Part shown: positions 24,993-33,293 of the stretch, in pieces
Layout: each line of letters starts with the position of its first letter
How positions within the stretch are numbered: position 1 is the first letter of the stretch
Source: an uncultured Clostridia bacterium
GTDB lineage: Bacteria; Bacillota; Clostridia; Christensenellales; CAMQZB01
Assembly: GCA_964406735.1 (NCBI GenBank)
Contig: CAYOSU010000004.1
Coordinates: 1,782 to 65,781, forward strand
Length of the DNA stretch: 64,000 bases
Direction of reading: 5' to 3'
Translations under genes and position numbers: made by a program
Notes under the pieces: model-generated
Database searches by the model: none
The model's input: the letters and a program-made list of their open reading frames with translations, nothing else
Told to the model about the DNA's origin: nothing

Positions 24993-25951
24993 TGAAAAAG
25001 GCATTAAAGTGGTGCATAGCGGCGGTCGTACTGATAGTAATTGGCATTGCGGTATGCGTTATCGCAATAGCTGTAGACGGCGGATATGAAGGAGGTATGG
25101 GAACTGTGAGATACGAAGAAAACACGCATGAAGTAAATGAAAGCTTCAGGAACATAAGCATAGATACGGAAACAGCAGATGTTGAGCTCGTATTGAGCTT
25201 AGGCGGAACGACGAGAGTCGAATGCGTAGAAGACAGCAAGGCAAAGCATATCGTAACGGTCGATGGTGATACGCTGACGATAAAAGTAGACGACAAGAGG
25301 TCGTGGTTCGACCACTTCGGCATAAATATCGGCACGGCAAAGATAACGGTATATTTACCTGCGAGCAAGTACGAGGAGCTTACGATAACCGACGTCTCGG
25401 GCTCAGTAGATATTCCAAAGGAGTTTTGTTTTGATAACTTAAGCGTTGAAGTGATCACGGGAGATATAAATTGCTACGCTTCGGCAAAAGGCTCGGAAAG
25501 CTTCACCGTAACGACGGGCGACGTAACGATTGCTGGGATTACGGCTGAAAATATCGACGTAAAGGTAACTACGGGCGGTGTTGATATAGAAAACGTTGCG
25601 GCATCAAAAGACATTTACGTCAAGACGACGACGGGACGAGTAGATCTTAAAAATATCACTTGCGAGAATATTACGTCGAAAGGCACGACTGGAAGATTAG
25701 TCCTTAAAAACGTAATAGCAAATGGCAAAATGAACGTCGAGAGAACGACTGCAACGATAACGTTTGATGCTTGCGATGCAAAAGATATACATGTCAGCAA
25801 CACGACGGGCGACGTCGAAGGAACGCTCCTTACGGGCAAAAACTTCTCCGTAAAGACGACGACTGGCGATATAAGCGTACCGCAAAACAGCGACGGCGGC
25901 AAATGCGAGATAACGACGACCACGGGAGATATTTCTATAACGGTAAAATAA
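24992..25951 (+). CDS. DUF4097-type beta-repeat protein with N-terminal TM anchor
   Basis: ATG 24992 (TAATG overlap). Repeated TTGDV/TTGRV/TTGDI beta-strand units (V.TTTG.VDL.N...). Confidence 0.7.
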   Translation: MKKALKWCIAAVVLIVIGIAVCVIAIAVDGGYEGGMGTVRYEENTHEVNESFRNISIDTETADVELVLSLGGTTRVECVEDSKAKHIVTVDGDTLTIKVDDKRSWFDHFGINIGTAKITVYLPASKYEELTITDVSGSVDIPKEFCFDNLSVEVITGDINCYASAKGSESFTVTTGDVTIAGITAENIDVKVTTGGVDIENVAASKDIYVKTTTGRVDLKNITCENITSKGTTGRLVLKNVIANGKMNVERTTATITFDACDAKDIHVSNTTGDVEGTLLTGKNFSVKTTTGDISVPQNSDGGKCEITTTTGDISITVK

Positions 25952-25974
25952 CGACTATCGCAAGAACTGCGGCA

Positions 25975-26000
25975 AAAGAGCCTGAATTTCAGGCTCTTTT
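25975..26000 (+). terminator. Rho-independent terminator
   Basis: AAAGAGCCTGA / TCAGGCTCTTT followed by T. Confidence 0.75.
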
Positions 26001-26134
26001 GATATTTTAACGGGCTTTTTGCTCGAAAAGTAGCCAAATTACGCATTTAGCGACAAAAATCGGCTTCGATATTGACAAAGCGATATAAAAGGTATAAAAT
26101 CTAAATGAACGAATTCAAAAAAAGAGGTATTGAT

Positions 26135-26791
26135 ATGTTATCTCAAGAAATAGTAAAGCTCGTCGAGACGAGATTCAAAGTAACCGACGTTACCGAAAAG
26201 TCCTATGAAAGCCTGAAATACCCCAAGCTTTTGCCTATGATGAGGTTTTCGTTGAAAAAATACATTGTTGAGGGCTTTGGTAGCTTGTTTACCATGGATA
26301 CGACTGCGATGGGCGGTATGATGACCCTTTCCACCGTCGTATTGACGCCCAATTCAGGAAAGAACGTACCCTTCCTTCTCATCGATACGATGGATATGAA
26401 AAAGAAGAGCCTTTCCTACGTAGAGTTTTACGACAAGACGGAAAAGGGTGCGTTGTGTAATACGCTTGATCCTCTTGCCGAAGAATACAAGGACATCCCC
26501 GATTACGCCGAAAAAGAGGGCTGGTATATCGCAGAGAGGACTCCGTATTCGCTGATAAAAGGCGGAGAGGGCGTAGATAAAGAGACTCTTTCCAAGATGA
26601 CGCTTGACGCCGCAAAAAGATATATAGACGAGGCGGCTGCCGCTGAAACAAAGGAAGAAAATCTCAACACCCTCCGCACATTCCAAAACGATATGTGCGA
26701 AAAGGGCAATCCTTCTACCACAACGCTCGAAAAGCTGTTTGGCAAAGAGGGCGCAAAGGAGTTTTTCAAAACTGTAATAATGCCCGTATAA
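26135..26791 (+). CDS. Hypothetical cytoplasmic protein
   Basis: ATG 26135 (MLSQEIV) after AGAGG. Good codon periodicity, own promoter (TTGACA-17-TAAAAT). No family recognised with confidence. Confidence 0.6.
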   Translation: MLSQEIVKLVETRFKVTDVTEKSYESLKYPKLLPMMRFSLKKYIVEGFGSLFTMDTTAMGGMMTLSTVVLTPNSGKNVPFLLIDTMDMKKKSLSYVEFYDKTEKGALCNTLDPLAEEYKDIPDYAEKEGWYIAERTPYSLIKGGEGVDKETLSKMTLDAAKRYIDEAAAAETKEENLNTLRTFQNDMCEKGNPSTTTLEKLFGKEGAKEFFKTVIMPV

Positions 26792-26796
26792 GAGAT

Positions 26797-27459
26797 TTAC
26801 GGATCAACTAACCGACGGAATAATTGCAAAAAGCGTTCGTCGGTATCAAGCAATAGCTCGGGGTGGAACTGAACGAAGATAAAAAATCGTTTGGTTTTAT
26901 CTTCTATGCCTTCAACGACTCCGTCGCTTGAAATAAGAGTAGCCGAAAGACCCTTTGCAAGCGTTTTTACCGCTTGGTGATGTATGGAATTGACTGATAC
27001 GCTTTCGCCGAAAATATCGGGCAATATACCGCCTGAAACGCTGCTTACAAAGTGCGTCTGCACGAGCTTTTTCTCGGGCAAAAAGTGGTTTTGAAAGCCG
27101 TTTTTTTCAAGGTCCTGCCAAAGCGTACCGCCAAACGCCACGTTGGCAAGCTGTATCCCTCGGCAAATGCCGAGAGTTGGCAGATCTGATTTTTTTGCGG
27201 CACGAAGAAGAGCTATCTCCGTATCGTCCCGAACGGGGTCAACGTCGCTCGAAAAGGCGTTTTCTTCGCCGTAAAGCCTCGGGTCGACGTCTCCGCCGCC
27301 CGTCAGAACGAGAGCGTCATAGCCTGAAAGTGCGTTTAGCGCATCGCTGTCACTTATTTTGCGAGGAAGCTCGCTTGCAAGAGCTCCTACTCTCTCTATC
27401 GCACTGATATAATTTGAAAGCCTGCTGCGAGAGCCGTTAGCAATAGCTACCTTTCGCAT
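26797..27459 (-). CDS. Class-I glutamine amidotransferase / peptidase C26 (gamma-glutamyl-GABA hydrolase-like)
   Basis: Start trimmed to MRKVAIANG (27459). LVLTGGGDVDP, GICRGIQLANVAFGGTL (nucleophile Cys), IHHQAV, QFHPE. Confidence 0.8.
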   Translation of the reverse strand: MRKVAIANGSRSRLSNYISAIERVGALASELPRKISDSDALNALSGYDALVLTGGGDVDPRLYGEENAFSSDVDPVRDDTEIALLRAAKKSDLPTLGICRGIQLANVAFGGTLWQDLEKNGFQNHFLPEKKLVQTHFVSSVSGGILPDIFGESVSVNSIHHQAVKTLAKGLSATLISSDGVVEGIEDKTKRFFIFVQFHPELLLDTDERFLQLFRRLVDP

Positions 27460-27571
27460 AAGATCACCCCGATAACAAATATATTGCGACGGGTTAAAAA
27501 ATGTTAACAATAGCTTGCGAAAAAAGCCTTGAAACGCCGTGCGTTTTATGATAAGATAAAATGGAGGAGTA

Positions 27572-27928
27572 ATGGAAGACAAAAGGTTAACGCCGTTTGG
27601 CATTGCATTGCGCTATATTCGTGGAAAATATAATATCTCTGCGTGTGAGATGTCAAATGCGCTTGGAATATCGAGAGCGTATCTGTCTGCGATAGAGCTC
27701 GGCAAACGCCCCATTCCGCCGAAATTCGAGTCGGCGATAATGCAAAATCTCGTGCTAAAAAAGGAAGACGAGCGCATGCTCCGTAAAGCTATCGTCGATA
27801 CCTACGAGCAGATAAGCATAGATGCGTCTCGGCTCAACGACAAGCAGAAACGGATATTATGCCACATCGCAGAGAATCGCTTGACGAAGGAGCAAACGAA
27901 CAGAATTCTTAAGATAATAGAGGAGTAA
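27572..27928 (+). CDS. XRE-family HTH regulator
   Basis: FGIALRYIRGKYNISACEMSNALGISRAYLSAIELGKR. Confidence 0.8.
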   Translation: MEDKRLTPFGIALRYIRGKYNISACEMSNALGISRAYLSAIELGKRPIPPKFESAIMQNLVLKKEDERMLRKAIVDTYEQISIDASRLNDKQKRILCHIAENRLTKEQTNRILKIIEE

Positions 27929-27931
27929 AAC

Positions 27932-28252
27932 ATGCTGCTTACAATAAATACTTTAACGCCCTTTGCAAAGATATTGATAGTGATATTCGCCGTAATGACG
28001 GTCGTTGGAATACTTGTAATGGGTATAGATAAAAGTCGGGCTAAAAAAGGCGATTGGCGCATAAAAGAGAGCACTCTTTTTCTCGTTGCCTTGCTTTTCG
28101 GCGGCGTAGGTACGACATTTGGCATGATAATATTCAGACACAAGACCAAGCACTGGTACTTCGTAGTTTTCATGCCACTTCTTGCCGTGCTTAACGTCCT
28201 TGCGATAATGTTTTTGTCGTCCTTAAATTACGGCATAACGCCGCTTGTATAA
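27932..28252 (+). CDS. DUF1294 membrane protein
   Basis: DKSRAKKGDWRIKESTLFLVALLFGGVGTTFGMIIFRHKTKH is the DUF1294 signature. Confidence 0.8.
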   Translation: MLLTINTLTPFAKILIVIFAVMTVVGILVMGIDKSRAKKGDWRIKESTLFLVALLFGGVGTTFGMIIFRHKTKHWYFVVFMPLLAVLNVLAIMFLSSLNYGITPLV

Positions 28253-28265
28253 AATGGAGGGAAAT

Positions 28266-29009
28266 ATGACCAATCAAGATTATTTTGACATGCTGAAAAT
28301 TCGCCGTTCTTATCATAAGTTTGATGAAATGAACGGCAGCTTGACTAAAGGCGAGCTTTCAGAGATAGAAGCTTTTCTCAAAACGACGAAGCCCCTCGAT
28401 CCGACGATAAAGGTCGAAACGAAGATAGTCAAGAAAGAGGAGACGACCTTGCAGGTCGGCGAATACGCTATTTTGTATTATAGCGAGCAAAAAGAGGGCT
28501 GGCTTGAAAACGTAGGCTATATCGGCGAGCAAGCAGATCTTTTTTTGGAAAGTAAAGGCATAGGCTCTTGCTGGTACGGCATTGCCAAAGTCGAGGAAAC
28601 GGAGAGGAACGGACTTTCGTTTGCGATAATGATAGCGATAGGCAAAGTCCCGAAAGAAACTCTCAGATGCTCGGACAGCGAGTTTAAGCGCAAACCCCTT
28701 GCGGATGTATGGCACGGCGAAAACTTCCGTGAAATAGGCGATATCGTCCGTTTTGCGCCCTCTGCCGTCAATTCGCAGGTATGGCTCGTCGAGGAAGAGG
28801 AGAGCGGTCTGAAGCTATACCGCAACCGTGTAAACGTCGGGCTCATACCCGTTGAGAAGATAGAGTACTTCAACAAGGTTGATATGGGCATATTTATGTT
28901 CTTCTTAGACACCGTCTTAGAAAAATTCGGCAAAAAGTTTGAAAGAACGCTCGAATATAAGCCTCTTTCCGAAACTAGAGTACTCACATCGACGTACGAA
29001 ATAAAATAA
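28266..29009 (+). CDS. Nitroreductase-family protein
   Basis: ATG 28266 after GGAGGG; IRRSYHKF N-terminal nitroreductase motif; SAVNSQ.W. Confidence 0.65.
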   Translation: MTNQDYFDMLKIRRSYHKFDEMNGSLTKGELSEIEAFLKTTKPLDPTIKVETKIVKKEETTLQVGEYAILYYSEQKEGWLENVGYIGEQADLFLESKGIGSCWYGIAKVEETERNGLSFAIMIAIGKVPKETLRCSDSEFKRKPLADVWHGENFREIGDIVRFAPSAVNSQVWLVEEEESGLKLYRNRVNVGLIPVEKIEYFNKVDMGIFMFFLDTVLEKFGKKFERTLEYKPLSETRVLTSTYEIK

Positions 29010-29021
29010 TAGAGTAAAAAC

Positions 29022-29052
29022 AAAGCGTCCGCTTGAAACAAGCGGACGCTTT
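29022..29052 (+). terminator. Terminator hairpin
   Basis: AAAGCGTCCGCTT / AAGCGGACGCTTT; short T-tract. Confidence 0.6.
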
Positions 29053-29303
29053 GCTAAAAGGAAATATATAGGTAGGAAAAAATATGATTAACAAAATGAA
29101 ATAAGTATTTGACCTATCGTTCATTTGTTTTATGGCTATATAATATCATTTGATTATAGTTAAAATACAAAAAAGTTGTGGTAAACCTGTGTGAAAAGGC
29201 AAAAATTGCGAATAAGTATTCCTTTTTCAAACATTGTGTGATAAAATATTATTACAAAAAGCATAGCGATATGCTTTTTGCTGAATAATGGAGAGTATTT
29301 AGT

Positions 29304-29957
29304 ATGTATAAGATTTTTCTCGTCGAAGACGATAGGAACATCAGCTCGCTTTTGAAGTCGTATCTTGAAAACGAGGGCTACGAGGTAACGCATTATTCCT
29401 CCGAAGCCGAGGCGATAAAGCATATAACCGATCCTGCCGACCTATATATCCTCGACATCATGCTCGAATCTGACATGAGCGGCTACAACATCCTTCGTGA
29501 AATAAGGAAGCACAACAACACCCCTGCGATATTTATCTCTGCAAGGGATAAAGACTACGACAAGATATTGGGCTTCGAGATGGGCGCAGACGATTACGTC
29601 GCCAAGCCCTTTTCACCTCGTGAAGTCGTTTTGAGGGTAAATAACATCATTCGCAGAACGTACATGAAGGCCGATATGAAGCCGCAATATAAAAACTACA
29701 CGGTAGACGTCGAATCCCGCTTGGTCAAGGACGGCGACAAGCCGATAGACTTAACGACCAAGGAGTTTGAGCTTTTCATCTACCTTTTGAAGAACAAAAA
29801 CGTTGCGCTTTCCCGTGATAAGATACTCAGCAACGTATGGGAAGAAAACTACTTCGGGAGCGACCGAGTAGTAGACGACCTCATGAGGAGACTCAGAGGC
29901 AAACTGCCCGATGCGGACATAGAAACGATATACGGATACGGATATAAGCTTCAATGA
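29304..29957 (+). CDS. OmpR/PhoB-family response regulator
   Basis: Receiver domain (LVEDD, ILDIML, ISARD, KPF) plus a winged-helix C-terminus (LT.KEFELF.YL, GYGYKL). Confidence 0.9.
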   Translation: MYKIFLVEDDRNISSLLKSYLENEGYEVTHYSSEAEAIKHITDPADLYILDIMLESDMSGYNILREIRKHNNTPAIFISARDKDYDKILGFEMGADDYVAKPFSPREVVLRVNNIIRRTYMKADMKPQYKNYTVDVESRLVKDGDKPIDLTTKEFELFIYLLKNKNVALSRDKILSNVWEENYFGSDRVVDDLMRRLRGKLPDADIETIYGYGYKLQ

Positions 29958-31225
29958 ACAGACTAAAACTTTCAACGCAAATATTGGTCATAGTCATGTG
30001 CTGCGTTGTAGCGATACCAGTCATAGTCTTTGCTTTCATAACGCCCATCATGCGACTTGCGGTATCGAATAATATTTACAGCACCTTGGACTACCAGCTC
30101 GACCTCACTTTTTCGGACTCCAACAAGCTCCTTAACTCGCTTATGATAATAACTCCGGGCGGAGAGATATCTCACATCAACTTAAAGGAGTCGGAGAATG
30201 TCATAACGCTTGACGACGTAGACTCGCTGATAGAGGAAGTGCAAAAAAAGCCCGCAGGGGACAGCAGAGGCAATATAAGGATGCGTGCAGGCGGATTTAT
30301 CTACTACGTTTGCAGAGTGTACGAAGATAAGAGTGCGAAGATAGCCTTCACGGCGTCGGGTAACATCTCGACGAGCGAAACGCTGATGAAATATGTTGCG
30401 CTTTCGATGCTGTTTATGTTGCTCCCCGTAATATTCCTGCTTGTCTGGTTCTCCTACTTTTCACGGTCGATACATTCGATTGAGCGTGCGGTAACGGACG
30501 ACACGGTGAAGAAAAAGTGTATGTCAAAGGAGCTTCAATCGCTTTCCGACACGATAGACGTATATAAAGAGGAGATAAAGGAAGCGACCGAGCAAAAGCA
30601 ACGTCTTTTGCAGAACATCTCGCACGAGCTGAAAACGCCGATAACGACGATAAAGATGTATGCAGAGGGCATAGAGGACGGAATATATAAGGACGGCGAC
30701 ATCAAAAAGTCCACCTCGATAATAAAAGAGGAGACCGACGTACTTCTTGACCGTGTTACCAAGATAATGAACATCAACAAGCTCTATCATATCGAGACGA
30801 GCGAAGTGCCGCAAAGGTACGAAAAGATAGTGCTTGCCGAGGTAATGTTCGAGATGCTTGAAAAGTATGAAAAGCGTGCTCCTTACGTTCATTTCGAGGC
30901 AGAGCTTGAACGCTCCGAGTGGAGGGGCAGCAACGACATCTGGCGCACGATAATAGAGAACGTGTTCGACAACAATATCAAGCACGGCGCAAAGAATATA
31001 AAGATAACGATGAATAAAGGCGTTCTCATAATAGAGAACGACGGCGACAAGATAGAGGAGGAGATATTCGACCGCATCTTCGAGCCGTTCATGAAAGGGC
31101 AAAACGGCAACTTCGGACTCGGACTTAACATAATCCAGCGTGCGTTGAAGCTATTAAATTACAAGGTAGAGATCAAAAACGCTGACGGCGACCACGGCGT
31201 CATATATAAGATCTCCGAAAAATAA
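29954..31225 (+). CDS. Sensor histidine kinase
   Basis: Two TM segments, H-box ISHELKTPIT, N-box DNNIKH, G-box FGLGLNI. Overlaps the regulator gene. Confidence 0.85.
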   Translation: MNRLKLSTQILVIVMCCVVAIPVIVFAFITPIMRLAVSNNIYSTLDYQLDLTFSDSNKLLNSLMIITPGGEISHINLKESENVITLDDVDSLIEEVQKKPAGDSRGNIRMRAGGFIYYVCRVYEDKSAKIAFTASGNISTSETLMKYVALSMLFMLLPVIFLLVWFSYFSRSIHSIERAVTDDTVKKKCMSKELQSLSDTIDVYKEEIKEATEQKQRLLQNISHELKTPITTIKMYAEGIEDGIYKDGDIKKSTSIIKEETDVLLDRVTKIMNINKLYHIETSEVPQRYEKIVLAEVMFEMLEKYEKRAPYVHFEAELERSEWRGSNDIWRTIIENVFDNNIKHGAKNIKITMNKGVLIIENDGDKIEEEIFDRIFEPFMKGQNGNFGLGLNIIQRALKLLNYKVEIKNADGDHGVIYKISEK

Positions 31226-31248
31226 AATTCTTTTCCTCTAAAAAAGAG

Positions 31249-31272
31249 AAGCTCCTAAAAAGGAGCTTTTCT
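31249..31272. terminator. Bidirectional terminator between the kinase gene and sigF
   Basis: AAGCTCCT / AGGAGCTT, flanked by an A-run and a T-run. Confidence 0.7.
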
Positions 31273-31351
31273 TGGTTTTACAAGCGACTTCGTTGTTTTT
31301 TTGGATCATTTTGTAGAAAGGAGAATAAATATTATAGCGTATGTCGCTTTG

Positions 31352-32062
31352 TTAAAACTCTTTTTTGAGCTTTTCGTAGATCTTGCTCTCGATACGAGAG
31401 ATCTGCACCTGCGATAAGCCGAAATATCCTGCGATCTGGCTTTGCGTCATATCTCTGAAATAGCGCAAAAGTATGATCTTTTTCTCTCTGTTGTCAAGCT
31501 TGGAAATACCCTCCTTCAATATGAGCATCTCGTCTATCTTGTCTGTCTTGTCTCCGCATTTAAGCCTGTCAAGAAGGGGCGTATCGTCATCTTCGGAGCG
31601 TTCAAAGACTGATATGGGCATTTTCGAGGAGTCGAGTGCATAAACTACGTCCTCTTCAGAAACTGCAAAATGAGCGGCTATCTCAGAGATCTTCGGGTCG
31701 TCGTCGTGCGATAGCTTATATTCTTCAGAAAATCTCGCTATCTTGAAGGACAAGACCTTGATGCTCCTTGACACCTTGATATATCCGTCGTCCCGAAGGT
31801 ATCGCTTTATCTCTCCCATCACCATCGGCACGACGTAGGTAGAGAACCTGACGTTAAAGCTCGTGTCGAAGTTGTTGATAGCCTTGACAAGGCCTAACGA
31901 CGCAAGGGAGAAAAGGTCGTCATATTCGATGCCTTTATTGAGAAACCTCTTGATTATGCTTTTGAGAAGAGGTGTGTTTTCCGTAATAAGTATCTCTTTT
32001 GCGTTTTCATCGCCCTTTTTCGCCTTAGTAAGAAGCTCCATCGTCTCCGAATGCTCCAGCAT
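31352..32062 (-). CDS. sigF: Sporulation sigma factor sigma-F
   Basis: Region 2 (LV..I..RF...G.EYDDLF...SLGL.KA...FD....V.FSTY.VP...GEI..YLRD) and region 4 (MTQSQIAGYFGLSQVQISR). Follows spoIIAA/AB. Confidence 0.9.
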   Translation of the reverse strand: MLEHSETMELLTKAKKGDENAKEILITENTPLLKSIIKRFLNKGIEYDDLFSLASLGLVKAINNFDTSFNVRFSTYVVPMVMGEIKRYLRDDGYIKVSRSIKVLSFKIARFSEEYKLSHDDDPKISEIAAHFAVSEEDVVYALDSSKMPISVFERSEDDDTPLLDRLKCGDKTDKIDEMLILKEGISKLDNREKKIILLRYFRDMTQSQIAGYFGLSQVQISRIESKIYEKLKKEF

Positions 32063-32112
32063 AAGTCCACCTCGCCCATATAGTATGTAAGAAAACGCAT
32101 TGCAAGGCTTTT

Positions 32113-32526
32113 TCAGCCGATAGTCTTAGTAAGCCTCACGATAAGCCCGCTCGGCTCGTTTTTGGCGACTTCTACCTTGTCGCAAAGAGCTTGCATAACG
32201 GCAAACCCGAGCCCTGCCCTTTCCTCGTCGGGCTTTGTGGTATAAAACGGCTTCATAGCGGCGTGTATGTCGCTTATGCCGACTCCCTTGTCGCTTATCT
32301 CGATAACGGCGGTCTTGCCGAAGACCTTGACGCTCACCTCGACCTCTCCGCCGTCTGTGTAAGCGTGTACGACCGAGTTTGTAACTGCTTCCGATACGGC
32401 GGTCTTGACGTCGTTTATCTCCTCGACGGTCGGGTCGAGCGACAGCACGAACGAGGCGACTGCGCTTCGTGCGAAAGCCTCGTTTTCAGATACGGCGTCG
32501 AATTTCATATATAATTTCTTGTCCAT
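32113..32526 (-). CDS. spoIIAB: Anti-sigma-F factor (serine kinase)
   Basis: VSEAVTNSVVHAY, I.DKGVGI.D, RAGLGF (GHKL ATPase motifs). Confidence 0.9.
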   Translation of the reverse strand: MDKKLYMKFDAVSENEAFARSAVASFVLSLDPTVEEINDVKTAVSEAVTNSVVHAYTDGGEVEVSVKVFGKTAVIEISDKGVGISDIHAAMKPFYTTKPDEERAGLGFAVMQALCDKVEVAKNEPSGLIVRLTKTIG

Positions 32527-32554
32527 GATAGCACTCCTTTTTTTTGTAATACGG

Positions 32555-32863
32555 TCAGCTTATTTTCGGCATGACCTGATAAAGCCCCGACGTAACGAGT
32601 ACCTTCTCGACATTGGGCTTTGGGTTTTTGATATAGACCGTTGCGCCTTTACCTTTAAGCCTTTTGTACCGTCCGAGCATAAGCCCAATGCCGGTAGAGT
32701 CGGTAAAATCAAGCGCAGACAGCTCGTAGATCGCACTCTCGATATACAGCGAGTCGATAAGCTCATCGAGCTTTTCCCGTGCAGGCTTTGCCGAATGCTC
32801 GTCAAGCTCTCCCGAAAAATATAAAACGAGCGTGCATTTTGAATAGGAATATTTGATCTCCAT
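32555..32863 (-). CDS. spoIIAA: Anti-anti-sigma factor (STAS)
   Basis: 102-aa STAS domain with the phosphorylatable Ser context DFTDSTGIG. Confidence 0.9.
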   Translation of the reverse strand: MEIKYSYSKCTLVLYFSGELDEHSAKPAREKLDELIDSLYIESAIYELSALDFTDSTGIGLMLGRYKRLKGKGATVYIKNPKPNVEKVLVTSGLYQVMPKIS

Positions 32864-32956
32864 ATATCACCTCAGATTGTTTTCCCTCATCAGAAATGAT
32901 GATACTACGTTATTTCCTTCGGTGCGTAGGAGAAAACTTGCGTATGAGTCTACTAT

Positions 32957-32963
32957 TGTCGAA
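32957..32963. promoter_or_regulatory. Consensus 0A box upstream of the spoIIA operon
   Basis: TGTCGAA about 95 nt upstream of the spoIIAA start. A single heptamer, so it could be chance. Confidence 0.3.
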
Positions 32964-33060
32964 AACACAGAAGAAGCCTTTTCCAACGCATAAAAATTGT
33001 ATAAACGGAGAATTTAAGTATAAAAATTCAAAAAAATTACCGAATCGGACTAAAAATCCG

Positions 33061-33089
33061 TTGACAAATGGCTTCGATGCGAGTATTAT
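33061..33089 (+). promoter_or_regulatory. Sigma-A type promoter of the ABC importer operon
   Basis: TTGACA (33061-33066), 17 nt, TATTAT (33084-33089). Confidence 0.55.
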
Positions 33090-33132
33090 AATAACAAGTT
33101 AGCGTACTAAAGTGCGCAAAAAGGACGACGCA

Positions 33133-33189
33133 ATGAGAAACGTATCGAGCATTTATTATTATTACTTTTACTTTACGGAGATCGAGTAA
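33133..33189 (+). CDS. Candidate leader peptide MRNVSSIYYYYFYFTEIE (Tyr/Phe-rich)
   Basis: 18-codon ORF in the 5' leader, with AAGGA 7-8 nt upstream of the ATG. Seven consecutive aromatic codons (33154-33174). An intrinsic terminator lies 42 nt downstream. Confidence 0.45.
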   Translation: MRNVSSIYYYYFYFTEIE

Positions 33190-33231
33190 ATATTTGCTGC
33201 GATAATTTTTGCGTTACAAAAAACGAAACAC

Positions 33232-33266
33232 AAGGACTTATCGTGAGGTAAGTCCTTATTTTTTTA
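33232..33266 (+). terminator. Leader (attenuator) terminator upstream of the ABC importer
   Basis: AAGGACTTA / TAAGTCCTT stem, 8-nt loop, T-run. Ends 27 nt before the ATG of the binding-protein gene. Confidence 0.75.
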
Positions 33267-33293
33267 GGATAAATTTTTTTAAGGAGTATATAT

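Noticed and set aside
33096-33293. T-box or known riboswitch in the ABC-importer leader
   Set aside because: There is no T-box sequence (…GGUGGUACCGCG…), no specifier-loop/AG-bay pattern, and the leader is short for a T-box. No known aptamer core was recognised. The leader-peptide explanation fits better.
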